From NCBI GenBank assembly GCA_025558095.1, contig JAIVFI010000007.1, forward strand, positions 434,001 through 498,000: a stretch of 64,000 nt of DNA, given 5' to 3'. Position numbers and translations under genes: made by a program. Positions 24,444 through 35,460 of the stretch are shown here, in pieces (position 1 is the stretch's first letter; every line of letters starts with the position of its first letter). This DNA is from Hyaloraphidium curvatum SAG 235-1 (taxonomy: Eukaryota; Fungi; Monoblepharomycota). The notes under the pieces are model-generated. The model saw only the letters and a program-made list of their open reading frames with translations, was not told the DNA's origin and did not search any database.

Positions 24444-26099
24444 ATGGCATGGAGCGCGCAACATGGCCATCTGCTCCTTCTCGTCGCCTTTGTCGGCCTC
24501 CTCGCCGCCACCTTCTGGACCTGGGACCCCGCCGGAGCTCAGGCCGAACTGCGTCCCGAATGCGCGTCCCTGCCACCCTGGGCGACCTCCCCGGACCCTT
24601 GGCGGGACAAAGACGCCGCGCAGCACCTCTGGGGCAATGCATCGACGCTCTGGCGGGCGCGGGGCGGCGGATTTATCGACGTGGGCCGGTCGGACCAGGG
24701 GCTGCCCTTTGTCACCGTCGAGGCGCCGCCGGCGCGGTACCCGCTGGACGCGGCGATGCTGGAGCGGTCGTATACGCCGGCGGGGATCACGTGCAGGCTC
24801 GGGAGGTTTTTTTCGAAGCTCGCGAGCGGGGAGAAGGCGACGATCGTGGTCATAGGCGGCTCGATGACGGCGGGACACGAGTGCGGGATGGAACGGTGCG
24901 CCTGGCCGCGCTACCTGGCGCCCTGGTTTCGCCAGATGAATCCCGCGTGGAAGGTGGAGGTGAAAAATGTGGCCGAGGGGGGCTGCGGACTGGACTGCTG
25001 GCTCACAAAGCCCTTCTTTGCGGAACTCGCGGCCGACCTCTTCATCGTGGACCTGTCGGTGAATTCCCAGGCGATGCCGGAAACCACGGTCACGGAGCTG
25101 ATGGACCAACTGCTCTGGGACCTGTACGACCGGCAGGGAGAGCCCGCGATCCTCGTCGCCGAGGCGTTCCGCACCTGTTCCGACCAAAGGTGGGACTGCG
25201 ACAAGCACTGCAGCCGGGCCGACCAGGGGTCCGTCGGCGACCAGTTCTACTGCAAGAAGTGGTGGCATGCCGCTAGCTACGAGGCGGCGGTCGCGAAACA
25301 CTACCGCCTGCCGATCGCCAGCTACCGCGACGCGGTATGGCCCGTCCTGGAGAAGCCGCCGGCGGACCTGAAACTCCTTTGGAACGGCCTTTCCCACCCG
25401 GACGCCCTCGGGCACGAGCTGTTTTCGGACGTCGTCAAGTACGCCCTGGCGAGAGAGCTGCAGCGCTACTGCCGCTCCCCGCCGGACGCCGAGGCGGACT
25501 GCGGGTTCCGGCCAACGATGCTGACACAGCGGCGGTGCCCGCGGCCGTGCAGGGAGCCGGCGACGGCCATGAGCGCCGCCAACAGGAGCTCGTTCGAGCC
25601 TGCGAGGGAACCTCCGGGGAGGTGGAGGTTCTTTGCCGACCGGCCGAACAAGCCGGGCTGGATCTTCACGAGCAACGCGAGCGCCGAGCCTTCCGAGCCT
25701 GCGGAGAACGCCGGCGCCGGGATCGCGTTCGACGTCGTCCTGGGCAGCAGGCGCTCGCTCGAGGTCACCTTCATGCGATCGTACGCGAACTTCGGCCCCA
25801 TGCTCGCGACTGTGACGGCCGCGGACGGCATGGAGCTGTCACAGCGCGTCCTGAACGGGACCTGGGCCGACCGCTACTCCCTCCCATTCAATGCGCGGTG
25901 GTTACCGATGCAGGAGGACGGTAGCTGCAGGGGACCGCGGTGCGAGGAGGACATTGCGTGCCTCCCGCGCGGCGTGCGGGAAGGGGACCGCGTGGGGGTG
26001 TCGCTGGCCCCGCTGCCGGACGCGGTGGTGGGCAACCTCACGTTTGCCGGGGGTGGCCGGGGCTACAAGTTCAAGCTGCTGTCGATCGTGGCCTGTTAA
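24444..26099 (+). CDS. Secreted or membrane-anchored SGNH/GDSL-type hydrolase (intronless)
   Basis: N-terminal hydrophobic segment; VIGGSMTAG (block I), NVAEGG (II), IVDLSVN (III), SHPDALGH (V). Confidence 0.8.
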   Translation: MAWSAQHGHLLLLVAFVGLLAATFWTWDPAGAQAELRPECASLPPWATSPDPWRDKDAAQHLWGNASTLWRARGGGFIDVGRSDQGLPFVTVEAPPARYPLDAAMLERSYTPAGITCRLGRFFSKLASGEKATIVVIGGSMTAGHECGMERCAWPRYLAPWFRQMNPAWKVEVKNVAEGGCGLDCWLTKPFFAELAADLFIVDLSVNSQAMPETTVTELMDQLLWDLYDRQGEPAILVAEAFRTCSDQRWDCDKHCSRADQGSVGDQFYCKKWWHAASYEAAVAKHYRLPIASYRDAVWPVLEKPPADLKLLWNGLSHPDALGHELFSDVVKYALARELQRYCRSPPDAEADCGFRPTMLTQRRCPRPCREPATAMSAANRSSFEPAREPPGRWRFFADRPNKPGWIFTSNASAEPSEPAENAGAGIAFDVVLGSRRSLEVTFMRSYANFGPMLATVTAADGMELSQRVLNGTWADRYSLPFNARWLPMQEDGSCRGPRCEEDIACLPRGVREGDRVGVSLAPLPDAVVGNLTFAGGGRGYKFKLLSIVAC

Positions 26100-26188
26100 C
26101 TTGCAGGTGTTTTTGGGACACCGGTCCCCTCGAGTCCAGCGCAGCGAGGTCGCGCCCTCCCAACACGAACCAACCCACACACGCCGCC

Positions 26189-29100
26189 ATGGTCCACACC
26201 GCGCGTCCGGCGACGCGCACGTTCGACGCGGTGGCGTTGCCCCCCGAGCCCGAGAGCGAGGGGAGCGTGGACTTTGCGAACCACAGCGACGGCGACGACC
26301 CGCCGGGGGACGACCCGCCGGGGGACGACCCGGCGCGGGACGACCCGACAGCGGAGGCCGAGGGCGGCGAGGGCGGCGGCGCACCCGCGGAGGAGGAGCA
26401 GCCGCGCAGCCGGAACTCGCTGTTGGGCTCGTTGTTCTCCGCCGTCCGCACCGGCGTCCGCACGGGCGCCCGCTTGTTCGGCGGCTCGGCGGGCTCCGCT
26501 CCGGCGCCCGCAGACGACGACGACGCGGACGGGTCGCCCGCCGGAGCCCTGGACATCATGCTGACGCAGGCGCCCGCCGCAAACACCGTGCCCATGTCGC
26601 CCGGCCGCGTCGACCCCGCAACGCCCAGCCAGCAGCGCTCGACGCCCCGCGCACGCAAACCCGCACGCCGCTCGGACGACGAGGAGGACGACGAGGTCGC
26701 GGAGGGCGAGGAGCTCATCAACTGGGACCGCGACGACGACCCAGAAACGCGCTTCCACGTCGAGCGCTCCGTCACGCTGAAGCTCGGCGCCGCCACGCAG
26801 CCGCTGCCGGACACCTTCGCCGCGCTCATGGCCGAGGCCGAGGAGGAGATGGTCGACGAGGAGCCGGCGTCGCAGGCGGAGATCCGCTCGCAGCCCCGGA
26901 CCAGCCCCGCAAAGCCCGCCGCTGCTGACGAAGAGGAGGCCCAGGGATCCGAGGACGGCGAGGAACCGGAGCCGCGGCGCTCCCCGCGCCGCGCACCGCA
27001 GCCCGGACCCAGCCCCAAGCCGCGCGCGCGCTCGCTCTCCCTGTCGCCCGCCCGCGGCCGGAGCACCAGCCCCGCAGGCCCGGCAAGCCAGCCCGTCGGG
27101 AAACCCAAGCGCGGCCCGGGGAGGCCGAGGAAGCGCCGCGGGCGGCAGACCAGGGCGCAGCAGCAGGCCGAAGAAGACGAGGGCGAGGAGGCCGACGCCG
27201 AGGACGCGCAGCCGCGTGGAAGCAGGGGAAAGGCCAGGGTCCCGGAAGTCGTGGTCGAGGAGGCCGAGGACGAGGGGGAGGAGGAGGAGGACGGGCCGCC
27301 GGTCACCCGTAGCCGCGCCCAGACGCAGGAGGTCGAGGAGTCGGTGGAGCCCGAGGACGAGCCGCCCGTCACCAGGAGCCGCGCGAGGTCGCAGCAGGTC
27401 GAGGAATCGGTCGAACCGGAGGACGAGCTTCCCGTTCCGCGCAGCCGCGCTCGTTCGCAGCAGACCAGGGACTCTGCCGCTCCCGAGGACGAAGAGCCCG
27501 CACCTCGGGCCAAGAGGCGGTCGCAGCCTCAGGAGCAGCAAGACTCGGAGGAGCCTGCCGAGGAAGACAAGCCGCGGGTGCGCAGGCGGGGCCGCGCTTC
27601 CCAGCTCAGCGAATCCGAGAGCGACGAGGACGAGCCGGACGTCCGCCGCTCGCTCCGCAACCGCAAGCAGCAGTCCGACAGCGAGGAGGAGCCGACACCC
27701 CGGCGCTCCCTGCGCAGCTCGGAGCCTGCGGGCTCGCAGTCGCAGCGCCGCTCCCCCCGCAAGTCGCCCGCCGTCGACGAGGTCCCCGAGACCGAGGACT
27801 CCGAGACCGGGGTCGAGGACGACGGCCCGGCGAAGCGCACGCGGTCGGCGGGCAAGTCGCAGGAGGAGGAGCTGCCGCCCCGCCGGCGCGGGCGGCCGAA
27901 GTCGGAGCCCATCCCGGCCAAAGAGAAGGAGGACGGCAGGAGGAGGTCAGCGCCGGCCAAGGGTGCCGGATCCGAGTCGGAGGAGGAAGGCGAGGAGGCC
28001 GAGGCGGAGCAGGACACCCCTGCCCGGCACACGCGGTCTCACGACCGCTCACAGGCGCCCAGGGAGCTCCGGCCGCCCCCGGAATCCGACGAGGAGGAGC
28101 AGGGGCAGGAAAGCCCCGCGAAGCACACGCGGTCGCACGACAAGGCCAAGGCCGCGGAGCAGGAAGAGGAGGCTTCCGAGGAGCTCGAAGCGCATACGCG
28201 GTCGCACGACAAGGCCAAGGCCGCGGAGCAGGAAGAGGAGGCTTCCGAGGAGCTCGAAGCGCATACAGCCCCGCTCGCCCCCCCGGGCGCCTCGCAGGCG
28301 GTGGCTTCGCAGCGGCAGGCGCGCGCACCGGTCACGCAGACCCCGGTCGAGATGGCCGGAGACCAGGCTGCGGATTCGGACGAGGCACCGGACAGGCCGC
28401 TCAAGCTCTTCGAGGACGAAGAAGGGAACCCGCTGCGCTTCTTCCTCATCAACGGAGCGGGCAGGGCAGAGGCCCTGAGTGCCATAAGGGTGCGTCGCCC
28501 ACGTGTATTCATCGTTACGTCGCGGCTCACTGGTCCCGCAGGCGCACGGAGGCCAGAGCGTCATGAGCGAAAGCGTCGCCGACTTCCGGCTTGCTCCCCC
28601 GCGCTTCATCAACACCACCCCGAGGGACGCCATTTCATTCGAATGGGTGCACGCTTGCGTCAGGGAAGGGGTGCGGGTCGCTACGGAGGACCACCTCATC
28701 CGCGGGTCCAGGAACAAGGTCAGCGGTTCAAAGTGGGTGACTGGCGCTATCTCCTGGAGAAGCTGCGAGCTAAGCTGCCACTCCTTCAGCCGCACGCCGT
28801 TCACGAGAGACGACGACGTCCTTCTCATCGATCTGGCCATGAAGGGGAAGCTCGGCGAGGGCAAGAAAGCCGGGAACAAGGCGTTCCAGGATTTGGCGGA
28901 GAAGGTGGGCTTGCATTCGTCGCATGGCACTCTGGTTTCTCACCCGAGCACGAAAGTACCCGCATCATTCGGCGCAGGCCTGGCGTGAGCGTTGGGTGAA
29001 GCACCTGCAGCCGGAAGTCGGCCGGCAGCTCGAGAAGGAGCGTCGGGAGGCAAAAGATCGGGAGAGGGCGGAGAGGGCGGCGCAGGGAGAGGGCCTCGAC

Positions 29101-30581
29101 GCCGAGGAGGAGCCCGAGGGGCAGGACGACGCGGATGGGGAGGAGGAGGAAGTGCCTCGCCGGCGGCTCCCCCAAACCGTGCGGCAGCAGGGGTCGGTGC
29201 AGCGCTTTTGTCGCGTCGCCTTCATCTAACATCGGGCAACAGCGACCGCCGGACTCGCCAACCCTTTACGGAAGAGGACGACGACATCCTGATCGAAAGG
29301 TGCAACGTCCCGGGCAAGAGGGACACGAAAGGCAACGAGATCTTCAAGGCCATCGAGGCCGAGGTGGGATGCTGATCGGCTCGCATTTGCGCTGGTTCTG
29401 ACCGAGGAGTGCGCAGTACCCGCATCACACGTACCAGTCCTGGAGGAATCGTTGGGTCAAGACCATCATTCCGAGGCTAGAGGCAAAGGGCGAGCTGCTC
29501 ATTTACGATTCGCGGAAGCGCTCGGCGTCGGACGGCGAGGGATCAGCTCGCGAAGAAGAATCACCCCGCCCCGTACGTCGCAAGCGGCAGCGGACTGCCA
29601 CGGCCCCGCGGGAGGAACCAGAGGACATCGACGAGGACGACTCCGATGCCGAGATGCGCAAAGCTCTGGACGCGCAGGCCCGCATTGGCGACGCAGCGGA
29701 GCGCCGCAGAAGAGAGTCGGCGCGCCCGGCTGCACCTGCAAACCCTCCTGCTGCCTCTTCCTCCGCTGCACCGGCCCCTCGCACGCCGCGCGATGCGTCG
29801 GCCGCTCCGCAGGACACCGGCGCCAACGAGGACGTGGACATGGCGGAGGCCGGCGAGCCCGCCGATACCGCCTTCGACTGGGACTACGCCATCCTATCCG
29901 AGGACGAGGTTGAGCCTGGGGAATGGAACGACGTGGCCGAGGAAGTGGACCTGGTGGAGACGACGGCCTTGATCAAGAATACGACCCCGAAGCGTGCTTC
30001 GGACGCGGGGACCCGCCCGCGAAGCACGGGGAAACCCCCTGTCGCACCGGCGGCCACGTCGACGGGCGGCCGCTCCGGCCTCGCGGGTATTGCCTCCTCG
30101 TTGGCGAGACCAGCGAATGTCAGGGGCTCTTCGCAACTGTCACAACGGCGCGGTAACGAGAACGCGGCGAGCCGTGCAAACTCGGATCGCGCGGCGTCAA
30201 AGGTGCCCGCGGATGCGAGGGAGCTCTTGGCGCTTGCAACGACTGCCGAAGACAGGAGGCAGATCCTCACGGCGCTGAACATGGCAAGTGGCGTCGTGGG
30301 GATCGCGTTTCAGCTGCACAAGGTCAAGAACGACGTGAGCAAGTTGGCTGCCGCGGTGCGGAGACTCGTCTTCACGGAGGAAGAGGACAACCTCATTGAG
30401 CATTACCGGGACGAGGCGGAGTTGATGGACCTCGCCGATCGCCATGGCGCGGACCTCGTGAACAAGCGGTAGGTCCATCCGTCCTTGTCTCAACGACGGT
30501 ATCTCACGTTCATCCAGATGGAACTACCTCGCAAAAACCCGCGAGCGAAGGCAGAGCTTGACTCAGTCTCAAGCGCGGTAG
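26189..30581 (+). CDS. RAP1: Telomere protein Rap1 (BRCT, two Myb domains, RCT) with long acidic/basic N-terminal extension
   Basis: BRCT (LFEDEEGNPLRFFL...FEWVHACVREG), Myb1 RTPFTRDDD...GNKAFQDLAEKYPHHSAQAWRERWVKHL, Myb2 RQPFTEEDD...GNEIFK..YPHHTYQSWRNRWVK, RCT FTEEEDNL...RHGADLVNKRWNYL. Confidence 0.85.
28124..28266 (+). repeat. 69-bp coding tandem duplication in RAP1 (HTRSHDKAKAAEQEEEASEELEA x2)
   Basis: Two near-identical consecutive copies. Confidence 0.9.
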
Positions 30582-30682
30582 GACTCTTAGTTTTGTGGAC
30601 GTTTGTGGCAGTTTGCTTTCGTCTTTTGGTGTACGTGGCACATAGGATACAGGAACTGGCTCGTGCCTCTACGCCTACGCCA

Positions 30683-31390
30683 CTACGCCGACGAGACGTG
30701 TTCGACGAGTCGCTCTACCACAGAGGCCAGGATGTCGGGTAGTTCGCTCGAGCCCGAGTCGTGCTCGATCAGCCTCAATCGCTGCACTGCGTCCGGGTCT
30801 CCGAGGAATGAGTTGGTTGCCAGATACGCAGGCCAAACGAGTTTTTCCCAGTAAGCTGGCGGATCCACAAACACACTCCCTTCCGCCGTAAGATACCCGC
30901 TGCGTGCTTGCCTGCGACTGCGAAGAACAGGCTCTGGCGCAGACAGGAAAACGCGAAAGTCCAAGTGGGGCAGAATCTCGGGCGTAAAGAGACATATCCC
31001 CTCGACCACGACGAAGCTCACGTCAGCAATGCGCGTCAAGTGATCGGCGTGCGATTCGGAAACACGTGCCGCAGCAGCGAGCACCGCGTCCGTTCGATCG
31101 TCCAAATTGAGCGTTGGGTCCGAAAGGTCCCCAGGCTTCGCAGGAAACTCATCCTGTTTGAGGCTCTTTAGGACCAACAAATCTTCGACCAATCGAGAGT
31201 TCTCGAAACTCCCCGGAATGTCCCAGTTCGTCTCAAAGACGGGATGCCGCGGCAAGTCAGATTCCGGGAGGTAGTACGCGTCCTGACGAAGCATGACGCA
31301 TCGCGGTAGGAGACGGAAAACCGAGTCGGCGAGCGTCGATTTCCCCGAGCACGAGGCGCCTCCGATGCCGACAACGAAGGTTCGGCTCAT
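30683..31390 (-). CDS. NRK1: Nicotinamide riboside kinase (uridine kinase family)
   Basis: GIGGASCSGKST P-loop, QDAYY, NWD, RRQARSGYLTAEG...DPPAYWEKLVWPAY. Confidence 0.88.
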   Translation of the reverse strand: MSRTFVVGIGGASCSGKSTLADSVFRLLPRCVMLRQDAYYLPESDLPRHPVFETNWDIPGSFENSRLVEDLLVLKSLKQDEFPAKPGDLSDPTLNLDDRTDAVLAAAARVSESHADHLTRIADVSFVVVEGICLFTPEILPHLDFRVFLSAPEPVLRSRRQARSGYLTAEGSVFVDPPAYWEKLVWPAYLATNSFLGDPDAVQRLRLIEHDSGSSELPDILASVVERLVEHVSSA

Positions 31391-31489
31391 TGGGGAAGCG
31401 CGGGGAGAGGGCAGGGGAGAGGGGGAGAAAGGAATTATACCCTCCTCGGGGAGCCATTACCCTGCAATTCCCAAACCGCCAGCCTCGAA

Positions 31490-32904
31490 ATGGACTCGTC
31501 TCTTAGGCTTCTGAGCGAGACAAATGCTTCTGTAATCATGGACAGCGGTCCTCGGGATAGGCCGCCGGAGCTCGATGGCAATGGCTCGGGGGCCTTTGCA
31601 GCCTCAGGCCCCGTCCCGCCAGGCGCCGGCGCGCAAATCGGGCCCGACCAGGGCGTCGGCCTCGTCTTGGAGAGCCCTACCACAGCATTTGTTCCGACCA
31701 TCGAGGTCAGACTGGATGGGGGCCCGAAACGGAAGAGCCTTCCCGTTGAGCGCACGGAACCACAACCCCTGGACGCGATGGCCCCACCGACTGCTCGGCC
31801 CAAGAAAAGCAGGAAGAGCAAGAAAAGGGAGTCTCGGGAGAGATGGGAGACGGATGGACAGCACCAGCAAGCTCCCTTTGCCTCGTACCTTCCCGACGAA
31901 AGGCGCGCAGGTGGCCGTTTCGCCGTGTACGACTCGTACGATCCAATGGGGGCGCCCACGGACGCTTTTGCCAATCCAACAATGCCGGTACCCCTGGTAA
32001 ACGGGTTCCCGATGCAAATGCCTGCGTTCCAGATGCCTTTCGTTTCGCCCTTCGGCCAGATGACCCTCGACCAAGCCGCACAGTTCTTTCCCTGGAGTTA
32101 TAACTCGGAGGGGGAGCAACGGTACCACGAAGAGCTCTACCACAACTCACTGCTTCTTGAATCGGGTGTTTCTTACGTGCTCCACTTTTCGATTGGCCTC
32201 CTCGGAGGGGCAAGCCTGCTTTCAATGCTTGTACTGCCCCTGGTGGTCCCTTCAAACACCAATACCAGCAATGGCATGACCAGTTTGCAAGTGTTCTTTG
32301 CGTACTTTTCTCCTTATGCCCTTCAGTTCTCGCGACTCTTCAGCTTCCTCGCCACGATCGCTCTCGTCGCGGTGCTCGACATCATGATCGGTGCGCACGC
32401 TTGGACCAAGCCGAAAACGTCGGAAGTTCCTTCGCAGGCCACAAACCATCGTCCTGCATCGGGAAGGCCGCAAAATGAACTCCCGCTCGGGAATGGCGAG
32501 CATCCGGTGCCTCACCGGAAGAGCTCGGCACGATGGGTCGTGCAATGCGCCATGTGCATTTCATCAATCACGTGCTTCTTGACGTCGATTTTCTGCACTC
32601 CGATCGACGACTCGCTGTACTTTTCGGATCAAGGCACGGGCACGGGGCGCTACGGAGCTTCGGGGTGGTGAGATCGATCTCCTTCCTGCAGTCTTTCAAC
32701 CTTGAACGTCTTCTCTTTAGGTACGAGACGCAACCCATTAGCTCGACTGCCCTGGCAGACGCAAACTCGTGGACGATCATGAACGCCGTGAAAGGCGTCA
32801 GCGGCTTGCTTGTTCTGTTTCTGGAGGTCATAGATCTGCGGCTGCTGGCCCGCGAGAACGGCGACACCGCTCAGCGGGTTCTACCGAAGCTGCGCAGGTC
32901 TTAG
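31490..32904 (+). CDS. TMEM237-like four-TM ciliary transition-zone protein
   Basis: Disordered N-terminus, then GLLGGASL TM1, LATIALVAVLD TM2, IDDSLY, WTIMNAV TM4; resembles TMEM237 from memory; one intron ~32668-32721. Confidence 0.55.
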
Positions 32905-33034
32905 ACGTAGCTGATGTATTCTTCATAGCTAGACGAATGTGGAGCTGTGGGCGAGGCGGATTAGACCTTGGCCACCATTGTCCAATCAATCAAACACCGC
33001 TCGACAACGTTCGTTCACAGCGCACGAGACAGTC

Positions 33035-33568
33035 ATGGTACAGCGCGACCGCCGAAACGTGCAATGCTATCGAACGGTCCCAACTGCCCCCCGCAGCGTC
33101 TCATTACCCACAACATGCTGCAATGCAACGCGCGCGGGTGTACCTCGAACAACTTCCCCCTGCGAATCGCCGACGCGGAGCTGGAGGAGACCGAGGCAGA
33201 GTTCAATGCCGATTTTCTGAAACGGATGCTGCCAAAGCTGGAGTGGGGAGCTTTGGTAGAGACCGCGTATTCGGTGCGGTGCCCGCCCGTCAGCAGCGTG
33301 GCGACGGTTCCTGACGGTTCGCCCAGCTCGGGATCGATTCGCTGCCGAAGGAGCTGCCGGAGAACACGGACGACGAAGAGTTCCTGAAGAACTTGCATCA
33401 CGTCCTCCTGGAGGTGGGGCTCGGCTGCGTCCCCGAAGGAGGGGCGGCCGCTGACATCACCCACAGACGCGTGTCAAAGAGGGCAAGATGATCTGCAATA
33501 ACTGCAACCACGTGTTCCCTATTACGGACGGGATACCGAACATGCTCCTCACGGAGAACGAGGTCTGA
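33035..33568 (+). CDS. TRM112: Methyltransferase activator Trm112
   Basis: ATG|intron|RLITHNMLQC...FPL...EFNADFL...LHHVLLE...EGKMICNNC...DGIPNMLLTENEV. Confidence 0.95.
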
Positions 33569-33674
33569 CGTCGCAAGGGGGGAAGGAGGACAATCGATAC
33601 CCCGCGGTCAGGGCCTGCAAAATGGCTCGCGTGATTATACTGTACAAGTGGAGAATCATCGGGTATGGGGAGAC

Positions 33675-35217
33675 CTAAGGTCCGCTTCCCTGCGGTTGCG
33701 AATCAATGTCCATGGGCACCGGCTGGTCCGCGACGGCGGGACGAACAGGCGGCGCCACCGGGACCTGAGGCTGGGGAACAGGTGCCGCAGGTGCCTGCAC
33801 CGGCACAGAAACGGGACGCGGCGCGACCTGCGCGGGCGCGGGCCGAGGAGGCATAGGCTGGGGCCTCGCCACGGGTTGCGGCATCGCGACCTGGGCCGGC
33901 CTGACGGGGGGCAGCGGCCGAGCCATGGGCATCGGCGCGCGAGCGACCCCGGCCGCGGTGGCAGGAACGGGTGGGAATCCGGGTCCCTGCGACGGCCGGG
34001 GTGCAGGTGCTCCAGGAACCGCCGCCGGTCGGGGTGCAGGTGCTCCAGGGACCGCCGGCTGCGGCGGGACCGGCGCACGAATGTGCAGCACCAGAGGCCT
34101 CGGCGGGGTAGGTCCGCCCGCCCCCTGCGGCCTTGGTGGCTGCTGCATGCCCGGCTGCGGTGGGCGCACCGGCGGCCGCACAACGACGGTAGCACCGGGA
34201 GGCGGGGCCGGGCGCGGCGGCATCGGCCGAGGTGCAGATGCAGCGCCGGAGGTTGGCGAAGCCGAGGAAGGGGATCCGGCGGCAAAAACAGGAGGAGACT
34301 GAAAGGTCGCCGGGGGAGCCGATGCAGACCCAGGGGCAACTCCGGCCGGCGCTGGAGAACCGTCTCCGGGGGGAGCCGAGACGGATCCTGCCGGCGTGCC
34401 TTTCTTCGAAGACGATTTCGGCGCGCGCGGCTTGGGCTCCTTCGGCGCCTTGGGAGGCTTCGGCTCCTTCGGGGTAGCAGGCTTCCTCTGTCTGGGCGCC
34501 TTGGGCTCCCCGGATTTGGCGCCCTTCCCCTTCCCTTTGCCCTTGCCTCCTGCCATCGGCGGCGGGGGGTTCGGATTGCTCGGGTCCAAGATGATTCCGT
34601 CCTCCCGCTTGAGGTTGAGCTTGATCTTGAGCGAACCCGGTTTCAGCTTCGAGCGGTCCACGAAGTACGCGGCCGGTTTCGGCGATCCCAGCGCCCCAGC
34701 GTCCTCCATCTCCTCGTCCTCGTCTTCATCGTAGTCATCCTCGTCGCTGCCGACCACCCCGTTCTCGCCGGGCGCCCTCTTCTTGCCCTTTTCGCCGTGC
34801 GCAGCATAGGCTGCCGAGGCGGACCGCGGGAGGCGTCAGAGATCGGCATGCGGGGGCGACGCCGGCGGCACCCACCCGAGACCTTTTCGCGCACGGCCGG
34901 CACCAGGTCGCCGAGCTCCAGCACGCGGTCGAGCGCGTCCAGCACGTCCTCGGCGCCGAGGATTGCCGGGTTGCCCGTGAGCCGCATGTCGGCGACGTTC
35001 GCGGCCGAGCCCGTCAGGTAGCCGGCAAAGAGCGGCAGCGCCTTGAACAGCGCGAGCTTCGCATTGTCGGCGACGTGCACCTTGTCGGGCAGCTGCGGCG
35101 CGTCAGGCGGGCGGGCGCGGCGGGCGCGCGGCGCACCTGCTGGCGGATGAGCCGCTCCACGATCTTGCGCGGCAGCTCGACGAGCTCGAACGACTCGGTC
35201 TCCGGCGCGGACGCCAT
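33675..35217 (-). CDS. Histone-fold protein (Dpb4/POLE3/NF-YB-like) with Pro-rich tail
   Basis: ELPRKIVERLIRQQ|LPDKVHVADNAKLAL...FAGYLT...AEDVLDALD. Confidence 0.75.
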
Positions 35218-35244
35218 GGCGAGAATGCAAAAGGACGAACACTA

Positions 35245-35460
35245 CTGGCCGGCGCTGGTAGCTACACTCTCAGAAACTGCTACTGTGCCCCCTGTGCCGC
35301 AATCCTTTGCGGCCTAGCAGCAATGTTCATCATCGAGCCTGCGAATAAAAGGCGGTCCCTGACGGACTCCACCTCGATCAAGCAAATGCAATGGCGCCCA
35401 CGCGGTGCATGGCACGCCAACTTGTAACTGTTTCCGCGGCCAGGTCAGCTTGCCGGCTTG
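35245..35460 (-). ncRNA. Candidate Fanzor omegaRNA (scaffold plus 3' guide)
   Basis: Lies at the Fanzor 3' end; nested stems CTGCTA(35277-82)/TAGCAG(35315-20) and GCCGCAA(35296-302)/TTGCGGC(35307-13) just inside a candidate TA element end at 35263-64; boundaries are guesses. Confidence 0.45.

Noticed and set aside
27290-28270. Repeats as a CRISPR-like array
   Set aside because: In-frame coding repeats within RAP1 with no unique spacers; eukaryotic context.
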